A program made the translations under genes and the position numbers. Shown here piece by piece: positions 31,034-38,967 of a stretch of 64,000 bases of DNA. The stretch is taken from contig CAVYRJ010000003.1 of the NCBI GenBank assembly GCA_963770935.1, forward strand, positions 1-64,000, in the 5' to 3' direction. This stretch comes from Candidatus Bathyarchaeota archaeon. GTDB taxonomy: Archaea > Thermoproteota > Bathyarchaeia > Bathyarchaeales > Bathycorpusculaceae. Below the pieces are notes generated by a model, which did not search any database, was not told where the DNA came from, and saw nothing but the letters and a program-made list of their open reading frames with translations. The first letter of the stretch is position 1; every line of letters starts with the position of its first letter.

Positions 31034-31879
31034 GTGCGCACCAACATGCCTATTCAATCGAGATCCATTTTTCAGGATAAAGGCCTCCAACTTCTTACTA
31101 AACTAGGATTGAGTCCAACGCAAGCAAAACTTTACTTATCACTTCTGGAAAGGAGAAACGCAACAGCATGGGAACTCTCCAAAAGCATGGGTCTCCCAAG
31201 ATCAGAAATCTACAGAGCAATAAGTGAACTGCAACTAAAAGGATTAACCCAAAAAGAAGTAAGTTATCCAAACAAGTTCAGCGCAATCCCAATAATGACC
31301 GGACTCCAAATCCTGCTAAACCATAAAGTTGAACAATGTACAGATTTAGAAAAAAATATCAAGACTTATGTTCAAAAGGCGCAGTCATTTCATGAGGATG
31401 CTCTTCAGGAGCGTGAATACAAGATTACAATTATTGAGGGAAAACATGGAATACTAAATAAAATATCTCAGCAGCACAAAAATGCTCAACGAAGCGTGAA
31501 AGTTCTTACCACTTTTCCAAGATGGCTGCAAATAATCCGTTGCTGCATTAAGGATTATGAGGCAGCGTTAGCGAGAGGTGTAGAATATCGAATAGTCTTG
31601 GAAAATGCCGAAGGTAGATTGATGCTGCCAAAAGAAGTAGAGCTTTTATTATCTAAACCAAATTTTAAACTTGCGACCCATGTGCGCCCTCTCAAGTCTA
31701 ATGGTGCAATTTTTGATGATAAGGAAGCATCCATCAATTTCTTCCCAGGAAAGTCGCTATCGGAATCTCCATTTATTTACACAAACCACCCAAGTTTAAT
31801 ATCGATGCTAGGTGACCAGTTTGAGAAGACTTGGAAGAATAGTTTGAAATACATCTCAACAACTAGACACGAAAAATGA
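31034..31879 (+). CDS. TrmB-family transcriptional regulator
   Basis: LGLSPTQAKLYLSLL, LPRSEIYRAISELQLKGL, C-terminal effector domain (IFDDKEA). Confidence 0.88.
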   Translation: MRTNMPIQSRSIFQDKGLQLLTKLGLSPTQAKLYLSLLERRNATAWELSKSMGLPRSEIYRAISELQLKGLTQKEVSYPNKFSAIPIMTGLQILLNHKVEQCTDLEKNIKTYVQKAQSFHEDALQEREYKITIIEGKHGILNKISQQHKNAQRSVKVLTTFPRWLQIIRCCIKDYEAALARGVEYRIVLENAEGRLMLPKEVELLLSKPNFKLATHVRPLKSNGAIFDDKEASINFFPGKSLSESPFIYTNHPSLISMLGDQFEKTWKNSLKYISTTRHEK

Positions 31880-32032
31880 TCTCATAGTCACATCAGAGAT
31901 TGTGGTTTTGGTAGAGAGATACTTCTCATAAAACAAATATGATAGGTAGGTGTGAGTATATTTTTAGTTTTCAAGTCAGACTATTTTTGGTTCTTTATCT
32001 TTCATCCTCCTTTACTCGCTATTGAACTCAAG

Positions 32033-32512
32033 TTATTTTCCTGACGATTGAGTATATTGCATGGATACGGTTATTCTATTCCGGCTGAGACTATGTTTAA
32101 TTTCGTTGTTTATTCTCGAATTTCCTCTACCTTTACTGGCGTGACCAAAACGAGTTATTTTCCAGTTATCGATGTTTCCTCGAATTATCTGCGGATTGCT
32201 TGTTAGTATGTAGAAGGGTATTTTTGTCTGGGAAGTGTAAAGGTCAGCAACAAAGTTTAGAAGTCGTTTTCCCACGCCGATTCCTTGATAGTCTGGAAGC
32301 ACCACTAAACGGCTGACTCGATAATACTTTGCTTTCATTCTGACGCAAGCCACAGCTATGAACGCTATAGGTTTGTTTTGGAAGATGGCAACGTAGCATC
32401 GGACACCTGCACCCAAGGAGCCGCTTAGATAGTGATAGTTCCGAAACATTTTCCATAGGCTTGGGCCGCACCGATAGATTTGGAGTTCAACGGGCGGCCT
32501 ACTTCTTTTTTT
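32033..32512 (-). CDS. GNAT acetyltransferase domain, probably translated as a -1 frameshift fusion to the upstream ATPase
   Basis: WKMFRNYHYL, RVSRLVVLPDYQGIGVG (motif A); frame open back to the A7 run at 32506-32512. Confidence 0.82.
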   Translation of the reverse strand, partial: KKRSRPPVELQIYRCGPSLWKMFRNYHYLSGSLGAGVRCYVAIFQNKPIAFIAVACVRMKAKYYRVSRLVVLPDYQGIGVGKRLLNFVADLYTSQTKIPFYILTSNPQIIRGNIDNWKITRFGHASKGRGNSRINNEIKHSLSRNRITVSMQYTQSSGK

Positions 32513-33105
32513 CGGCTAAACTCCATCGTGTCAGTGCAGAAAACCCAGTCAGGATCTAGCCAATCAACCACGTCATAGTGGCATGTAACAGCTATGAATT
32601 TCTTGGAGCTTCTGCGAACAGCCTTGCTAATAGCAAATGCGCTAACTTTAGCTATCTCTCTATCTACAACTGAAGTAAACTCATCGAACACAATAAGTGG
32701 CTTCTCTAAACAGAGCGCACGTGCTATATCCACCCGCATCTTCTCTCCCTGACTCAAACAATCGTAAGCCTTCAACCAATCCGGTGGCGAAGCAAAACCA
32801 ACGCTGCCAAGCATCTTGGTAATTTCAGATGTCTCAATTTCCGTAGGAAAGTCATCTAGAACACACTTGTCTTTGTACTCAAAGTCTCGTATGTAAGCGT
32901 CTGGAAAAAGCTGCTTAGCTATACTTGTTTTGCCTGAGCCGCTGCGCCCAACGATAACGCCAACTTGCCAGTCAAAATCCTCAAGCGGCAAGGACCCTCT
33001 GAACCGCTTCTCCAATTTAACATCGCTTAGCGTGTAGCTGCCGACGACGCTTTGTGCTCGGAAGCTGTCGCTTTCTTCCCAGCGTTTTACAATGTCAAAA
33101 TCCGT
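32425..33105 (-). CDS. Soluble ABC-type ATPase of virus/mobile-element type (start uncertain: ACG 33105 or TTG 33015)
   Basis: GRSGSGKT Walker A, LSQGE signature, IVFDEF Walker B, VTCH H-loop; frame open upstream as TDFDIVKRW...SFRAQSV. Confidence 0.85.
   Translation of the reverse strand, partial: TDFDIVKRWEESDSFRAQSVVGSYTLSDVKLEKRFRGSLPLEDFDWQVGVIVGRSGSGKTSIAKQLFPDAYIRDFEYKDKCVLDDFPTEIETSEITKMLGSVGFASPPDWLKAYDCLSQGEKMRVDIARALCLEKPLIVFDEFTSVVDREIAKVSAFAISKAVRRSSKKFIAVTCHYDVVDWLDPDWVFCTDTMEFSRKKEVGRPLNSKSIGAAQAYGKCFGTITI
32464..32512 (-). promoter_or_regulatory. Candidate -1 programmed ribosomal frameshift signal
   Basis: A_AAA_AAA heptamer in the correct phase, 6-nt spacer, stem GGCCGCCCG-17nt-CGG(T)GCGGCC. 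Confidence 0.65.
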
Positions 33106-33641
33106 AGCTTATACCCCTCCGCTTTTAATTTCTCAAAATATTCTTTTTGCTGGACCTCGCTTCGGCACTCAATTATAAGCTCGTAAGTTTCAGGAACCGA
33201 AAAAGAGACCTCTCGGTCATCTACCTCTATGGGGAGCTTTTCGCCGACGGATTGAAGGAATAACTTTAATTCCTCTTTTTCTCCCTCGTCAATTATGCGC
33301 AGGTACTCGGCACTATCCATCTCCCTGTTATGCTTGCCCCGTAGCTTGTTTAGCACCTGCCGAAGCAAGCGGCGATCAACATCCTTAACTGGCAAGCGAA
33401 TGACACTGCACTCGGTCATGCCAAGCTCCTTCATAGCCGTAACCCGCTGCTGACCATCAGCCACCAAAAGCTCACTGTTGGTAACGACGGGAACTATGTC
33501 TCCCCATCTTCTAATAGAAGCTTTCAAGCGGTCAAGCTGGGCAAGACTCATCCTGTTAGGATTGTCTTGGTCAAACTTGAGATCACTGATCTTCACACGT
33601 TCCGACATTGGAATCGGAATTTCTTTTTCAAGCTCACTCAT
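33087..33641 (-). CDS. ParB/Srx N-terminal-domain protein
   Basis: NPNRMS...LKASIRRWGDIVPVV...VADGQQRVTA. Confidence 0.85.
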   Translation of the reverse strand: MSELEKEIPIPMSERVKISDLKFDQDNPNRMSLAQLDRLKASIRRWGDIVPVVTNSELLVADGQQRVTAMKELGMTECSVIRLPVKDVDRRLLRQVLNKLRGKHNREMDSAEYLRIIDEGEKEELKLFLQSVGEKLPIEVDDREVSFSVPETYELIIECRSEVQQKEYFEKLKAEGYKLRILTL

Positions 33642-34300
33642 TCCGCTTTCTCTTCCATTTTCTTATCTAAACCTTTAATGAGGGCTTCCCGTTCCTCTGG
33701 ATGCTCTTCATAGTACTCCCTAATTTTACGTGAAATAAACTCGTCATGGAACCCCTCGAACTTCTCAAAACTCTTCTCAGTGAACACGCCCTCGGGATAG
33801 ATCGCTTTTATTTTTGCGTCTACCGCGTCCCACCAAGCAAAATCGTCAAACGCGGGGTCGTCCTCGTTTCGGTTATTGTTGTATTCATAATCTTCTATCA
33901 GGCAGTCGTGGTTGAATTTCTTCATCTCATGGAAGAACCACATAACTCTGAGCATAACGCGTGAGTCTTCGCCTTTGGGATATGCGGCAGCGAACCATTT
34001 ATAGAGTAAGCGTTCTAAGCGGTAGCTTAAAAATTCGTGTGATTGTTCAAGAATGGCGTTTTCCTGGTCTGTTAGTTTGCTTAGAAGCTGTTTGGCTGCC
34101 TCGTTTTGTTGTTCCGGGCTTGTGCCGCTGTTTATTATGGCTTGTGCGTCGTCTTTGAAAGATGCTCTTATTTTCTGTGCGTGGTCATGCAGGAGTTGTT
34201 CGTCTAAGTTGCCAATGTTGAGCATTATGTCGTCGTCTTCTGGGGGAAAGTCTAAAATGTTATCTTCTAATTCGTGGAGTTTACGGCTTAACAAATTCAT
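33638..34300 (-). CDS. Acidic hypothetical protein
   Basis: 220-aa ORF overlapping both neighbours (TGATG, ATGA coupling). Confidence 0.7.
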   Translation of the reverse strand: MNLLSRKLHELEDNILDFPPEDDDIMLNIGNLDEQLLHDHAQKIRASFKDDAQAIINSGTSPEQQNEAAKQLLSKLTDQENAILEQSHEFLSYRLERLLYKWFAAAYPKGEDSRVMLRVMWFFHEMKKFNHDCLIEDYEYNNNRNEDDPAFDDFAWWDAVDAKIKAIYPEGVFTEKSFEKFEGFHDEFISRKIREYYEEHPEEREALIKGLDKKMEEKAE

Positions 34301-34740
34301 CAGAACCCTCTCCTAGCCCTTTCTGTCTTGGTTTTTTCGCCATCAGGTTGCGGTTTGGGAATCAGTATGCTATTTTTTAGCTTCTCCTCTAAGGCTATCA
34401 CTCTGAACTCTAACTCCTCGTCTTTGAGGAGGTTGCCGTAGGTTGAGACGGCTGAAACCATGACCCTTGCCCAGCCTTGTTTTGCTTTGTCGCTGTTTCC
34501 AGCACCATGAATTTTTTTGTGGGAGAGGCTTAAAACGCCGTCTAAAACGCGAAACAACGTATTTCTGCGGTCTTTAGCTGAACGGTTTAATGATGGTTTC
34601 TTATTGGTTTTAGCTTCAACTTCACCCAAGCTACACTGCGCCTTCTTGAGTTTGGCTCCAACACCAATGGAGAAAAGACAACGCAAAGAGTTAGCTCTCA
34701 AGACACCACAAAACAAGACAACAAATAGTGACTTACACAA
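34300..34740 (-). CDS. Hypothetical basic/helical protein, first gene of the ParB operon (start uncertain)
   Basis: WARVMVSAV...ELEFRVIALEEKL coiled-coil end; stop overlaps next start. Confidence 0.55.
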   Translation of the reverse strand: MCKSLFVVLFCGVLRANSLRCLFSIGVGAKLKKAQCSLGEVEAKTNKKPSLNRSAKDRRNTLFRVLDGVLSLSHKKIHGAGNSDKAKQGWARVMVSAVSTYGNLLKDEELEFRVIALEEKLKNSILIPKPQPDGEKTKTERARRGF

Positions 34741-35432
34741 TCCAAGAAATAAATTTTCCTATAAGTTTAAAATTTAACAAAAAATAATGTTGGTTTGTAA
34801 ACACTTTGAAACTTAATAAGAAAGACAAAGTACCACTTCTACGCGCTTTTTTTAGAATCATATTATTGGTAGTTGTATACTCTTGTCAATCACAAAACCT
34901 AATGAGTAAAAGAACCAAGGTATATGCAGTGGTTTCAATGAGCGTATCAAAACCTAATATAATCCAGAATGAAAAGGAGATTGCTTCTAAATCCGACGTT
35001 ATGCAACAGTCCAAAAACGACATAATGTTATTTAATAATGGAAAATTCATCATGGTTCAAGACAAAGAAGATCCCAAGCTATCTATAATGAAGTTCGAGT
35101 CAAAGCTCAAACAAGTATTGATGATTCCAGAAAAATGAATAAATCATTTTATTTTTGTCAAGCTCTTATGGCTTTTTGAAACTAGTGTCTTTCCTTGCCA
35201 GATTCGATGACATGCCTAAAAAAACAGGGTTGTGCGGGAGATTTTGCCACTTTAACCTTATAGAAGCCATAAAAGACTATTGAACGCTATTTCCTTTTCC
35301 TTAATTTTCGTCGTTCAGTTCTGTAATGTGCGTAAAGACTATTTCTAAGAATAAGTAGTCACAAAAAAAGAAATGGAAGATGCGTTTACACAGAGAGGAA
35401 AAACTGTTGGCGATGTCACCACTTGAAGTCAT

Positions 35433-35453
35433 TCCGTGCTAGACTACGAGCCC
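35433..35453 (+). repeat. att core copy 2 (displaced 5' tRNA fragment)
   Basis: Identical to 16937-16957; TTTAAA at 35483-88 on the upstream side is the probable native tRNA TATA box. Confidence 0.93.
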
Positions 35454-35494
35454 ACAACGCCAAACAAAACAGGATTTATCGATTTAAAGATAAC

Positions 35495-35998
35495 TTACTC
35501 CTGGATTAATTCTTGGTCTATCCACCAAGCCTTCTTCTTGCCCGACCTCTCGCCAGCACAATATTCAATTATTGATTTTCCAACTTGTTTTTTAGAGTTC
35601 TTCTGGATTTTTCTAAGCCTGTTTAAGATAAGCCACCGGTTTGTTTTAATGTAATCTGCTAATTCCGGAGTAGTGGCGGATTTGTAGTGCATTAGATATT
35701 CCATGATTTTATGGTCTAACTCGTCAATGCAGAAGGAATGGGGATTGATTTTTCCATGTTGGAAAGTGAGGATTTCTAGGTCAGCGAGAGATTTTCTGAT
35801 TTGTCCAAATTCCTGCTCGATTTTGCCCATTCGCTCCTGGAGAGCTAAGAGTTTGTCTGCTTTGGGTGTTTTCTGCAGTTTTTCGCTTATGGCTTCGCGG
35901 ATAAAGGTACTTCTGTCGCCTTCAGGGATACGTAACGCCATTTCCTGGTAGACGTCTTCAGGGATTTTCACCGAGACAATTCTGACTTCGCTCATCAC
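35495..35998 (-). CDS. Ribbon-helix-helix plus wHTH DNA-binding protein
   Basis: IVSVKIPEDVY...RSTFIREAI; coiled coil; ELDHKIMEYL...TTPELA. Confidence 0.75.
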   Translation of the reverse strand: MMSEVRIVSVKIPEDVYQEMALRIPEGDRSTFIREAISEKLQKTPKADKLLALQERMGKIEQEFGQIRKSLADLEILTFQHGKINPHSFCIDELDHKIMEYLMHYKSATTPELADYIKTNRWLILNRLRKIQKNSKKQVGKSIIEYCAGERSGKKKAWWIDQELIQE

Positions 35999-36237
35999 AG
36001 GCTCCTCAACTCACCATAATCACGTTAAGTCTATTTCATTTTTTCCATAAAACACAAGTCTGATTGATGAAAAACTTAAATGCATTGACCCCACTCGCTT
36101 TAAGTGGGATTACGTGTGGCGAAAAGTTTCACGATCTCTCAAAAAAATTATGTTGGCTCCCTGACCACGCATCGTATTTTTTCTAAACTTTTTGCCAACG
36201 TTGAACAAATCCTAACAAAATTGGAGGTAAAAAAAGT

Positions 36238-37170
36238 TTGATTGATTACTCTCAAAAAGAACTATTAATTCTTGCCTTTGACCATCGCGCATCTTTCCTT
36301 GAAAAAATGTTCGGAATCAAAGGTCGTCAACCAACCGCTGAAGAAAAGAAGCAGATTGAAGATTACAAAAAAATTATTTTTGAAGGCTTCAAACTGTCTA
36401 TCAAAAAGAAAGTTCCAAAAGAAATTGCTGGTTTGCTGGTTGACGAAGAATTCGGAAGCCAGGTGCTTCGAGAAGCAAAAAAAGAGGGATTAACCTTTGC
36501 CATGCCCGTGGAGAAGTCGGGTCAAGATGAATTTGACTTTGATTACGGCGACAACTTTGCCAAACATATCGAAGAATTTGACCCTGCTTTCGTGAAAGTT
36601 CTGGTACGTTACAATCCTGAAGGCGATGCGGTCATGAATAAAAGACAACTTGCCCGGCTAAAGAAGCTCAGCGATTACTTAGCGCAGAAGAAGAGAGCGT
36701 TCCTATTCGAATTAATTGTCCCCTCAACTGCGGACCAGTTGGCAAAGCTTGGTGGCTCAAAAGAGAAGTACGACCAAGAACTTCGCCCCAAACTTATGGT
36801 TGATTCAATAAAAGAGATTCAGGAAGCTGGAGTGGAACCAGCCATCTGGAAACTCGAAGGTGTGGACAAGCCAGAATCAGCCAAAGCCGTGGTTAAGCAG
36901 GCGCAGAGCAGCGGCAGAAAAGTCGGAGTCATCACCTTGGGAAGAGGCGAATCCAAAGAGAAGGTTCAGGAATGGCTTAAAGTAGGCGCAAAAATCCCAG
37001 GCATAATAGGCTTCGCGGTTGGAAGAACCATCTTCTGGGATCCGCTGGCAGAGCACAAAGCAGGGAAAACTACCAGGAAAGAAGCTGTGGAAAAAGTCGG
37101 CCAGAACTACCAAGAGTTCACCGAGCTATGGCTAAGTGAATGTAAAAGTAAAAAGGAGATAAAAAAATGA
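36238..37170 (+). CDS. DUF2090 / LacD-like class I aldolase
   Basis: LILAFDHRAS, LVDEEFG, PVEKSG, VKVLVRYNP, IWKLEG, LGRG, GFAVGRTIF. Confidence 0.85.
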   Translation: MIDYSQKELLILAFDHRASFLEKMFGIKGRQPTAEEKKQIEDYKKIIFEGFKLSIKKKVPKEIAGLLVDEEFGSQVLREAKKEGLTFAMPVEKSGQDEFDFDYGDNFAKHIEEFDPAFVKVLVRYNPEGDAVMNKRQLARLKKLSDYLAQKKRAFLFELIVPSTADQLAKLGGSKEKYDQELRPKLMVDSIKEIQEAGVEPAIWKLEGVDKPESAKAVVKQAQSSGRKVGVITLGRGESKEKVQEWLKVGAKIPGIIGFAVGRTIFWDPLAEHKAGKTTRKEAVEKVGQNYQEFTELWLSECKSKKEIKK

Positions 37171-38150
37171 CTTCGCTAAGGTCCTTATCCCCTTCGCTGA
37201 CAAGAATCACCACTGCCGGAGCAGTGGGTGCAGCTCTTCACATTGGGAAGGGTGACCCAGATAAAGTTGACCAAACCGCCCTCGACTTTTCAAGAGCAGT
37301 CCTAAGCCAAACCGAAGTTGATGGAGAAGTTATCTGTTGCGAAGGCCCAAAAGATAACGCACCCGCCTTCAGTTATATGGAAAAAGTAGGCACAGGAAAC
37401 GGTCCCAAAGTGGAATTCATCATCGACCAAGTGGATGGAACAACCGCCACTTCTAAAGGCAAAAAAGACGCTATCTCAGCTTTGTGTTGTGCCCCTTCGG
37501 GATGCCTAAAGGTTCTGCCGGACGACGGCTACTACTTCAAAGTTGCAACCGACGGCAAAGCCAAAGGAAAAATCAACCTTGATATGTCTGTCGAAGAGAT
37601 TGTGCAAACGATAGCTAAACTCAAGAATCGTCCTTTAGCAAACTTTACTGTAATTATGCTTGAACGCGACAGACACAACGAGCTGCTTGCTAAACTACGG
37701 AAGATGGGTGTAAGAATCATTCTAATAGCCGACGGCGACATTGCCGGCTCAATCGTTACGTGCTTGCCTGAATCAGGTGTTGATTTGCTTGTTGGTGCAG
37801 GCGCAGGGGCAGAGGCAACAATTGCTGCAGTTGCAGTGAAATGCCTAGGCGGAACCATGCTGGTTAAGGTTTGGAAAGACAAAAAAGACGACGCTAAACG
37901 GATGGATAGATTAAAAGCGGCTGGAGTGGACATTAACAAAACCTATACCGAAGACGAGTTGGCAAAGGGCAACGAAATGATTTTTGCTGCGTCAGGTGTA
38001 ACAAAAGGCGAAATGCTCGACGGTGTACGGTTCACTGCAGGCGGGGCAATCGTCCAATCGATTTGCACAAGACTACCCAGCGGTACTCTAGAATGGTCAA
38101 CAACTAATCTGAAGTTTAGAGACCACCCAATCTATAAACAAATAACCTAA
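37167..38150 (+). CDS. glpX: Class II fructose-1,6-bisphosphatase
   Basis: EGPKDNAP, EKVGTG, IDQVDGT, LIADGDI, FAASGVT.GEMLDGV. Confidence 0.85.
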   Translation: MTSLRSLSPSLTRITTAGAVGAALHIGKGDPDKVDQTALDFSRAVLSQTEVDGEVICCEGPKDNAPAFSYMEKVGTGNGPKVEFIIDQVDGTTATSKGKKDAISALCCAPSGCLKVLPDDGYYFKVATDGKAKGKINLDMSVEEIVQTIAKLKNRPLANFTVIMLERDRHNELLAKLRKMGVRIILIADGDIAGSIVTCLPESGVDLLVGAGAGAEATIAAVAVKCLGGTMLVKVWKDKKDDAKRMDRLKAAGVDINKTYTEDELAKGNEMIFAASGVTKGEMLDGVRFTAGGAIVQSICTRLPSGTLEWSTTNLKFRDHPIYKQIT

Positions 38151-38217
38151 ACGCCCATTTTTGGGCAAAATTTTCTTTAACCAATTAACTTTTGTTAAAA
38201 AGTTAGAAACGATTCGA

Positions 38218-38874
38218 TTAACTGTGCGTATGTTCGTGAGTTTGTTCGGCTTCTGTCGGGATAGGTTGCCCAGATAGTTTTGTCAACCCCTGGTATCGCT
38301 GCTCAACGATGCCTCGTAGTTGAATGCGCAAATCTTCACTAGCCAAAACTCTTTTTTTCAACAATGCTGTTTTTTTGGCCAATTCTTCATCACCTATTCC
38401 TTTAAACCATGCTTCGAAGTCGCCCCGCTTCAGATGAAACTCTATTGAAACTACATCTGCTCTGTCAAGTTTGTTTGCGAAATCTCGCAGACTGTGTGCA
38501 TGAAGGCTTAGCGGTTTACCCACGGTAACGTAGAAGTTGAATGCTTTATCGTGTGGTGCGTAGGCGAGTATTGCAGCAGCTTTCTCCTTTGTCATTTCAG
38601 GAATGCCAAGAAATCTCCTTCCCTTCTCTGTGATAATGAAGAGGCTTTTCTCAGGTAAACTCACGTATCCCATTTTGATAAGACCTAAAAGGTGCATGTT
38701 AACTGGCTGATAATCTTTTTTTGCTTCCTTGGCTATGTCCAATGCTTTCATTGGTTTGTCGTTTAGGAGCATGGTTTCTAGTATTTCTTGTTTAATAGGC
38801 GATAAACTCAATTTCGGGCACCTGTAATTAGAGCTATGCAAAAACCGTCTAATCAAAGTTTCCTCCAAAATCAA
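38218..38874 (-). CDS. wHTH plus DUF5752-like protein
   Basis: HLLGLIKMGYV..ITEKG; AFNFY...AHSLRDF...SIEFHLKRGDFEAW. Confidence 0.7.
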   Translation of the reverse strand: MILEETLIRRFLHSSNYRCPKLSLSPIKQEILETMLLNDKPMKALDIAKEAKKDYQPVNMHLLGLIKMGYVSLPEKSLFIITEKGRRFLGIPEMTKEKAAAILAYAPHDKAFNFYVTVGKPLSLHAHSLRDFANKLDRADVVSIEFHLKRGDFEAWFKGIGDEELAKKTALLKKRVLASEDLRIQLRGIVEQRYQGLTKLSGQPIPTEAEQTHEHTHS

Positions 38875-38967
38875 AAAATGTTTTGGTTTCCCAACAGTTA
38901 GCTCAGATAAGTAAGGTTTTAGTATAGAGGTTCATAATGCTAAATGATAAATGGGTGACTGCAAAGC

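Larger units (their letters stand above)
16937..35453. mobile_element. ~18.5-kb integrative element inserted at the 5' end of tRNA-Arg(CCG)
   Basis: Perfect 21-bp direct repeats at both ends, tyrosine integrase next to one repeat, virus/plasmid-type ParB-ATPase-GNAT genes near the other; housekeeping genes resume at 35495. Confidence 0.88.

Noticed and set aside
32425-33105. ABC transporter
   Set aside because: No permease or binding protein nearby; the ParB/GNAT context indicates a soluble ATPase.
34806-35138. 110-aa plus-strand ORF near the element end
   Set aside because: AT-rich with no motif; at most a short C-terminal part may be coding.
16937-35453. Intact provirus or conjugative element
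   Set aside because: No recognisable capsid, portal, large terminase, replication or VirB4/relaxase genes.
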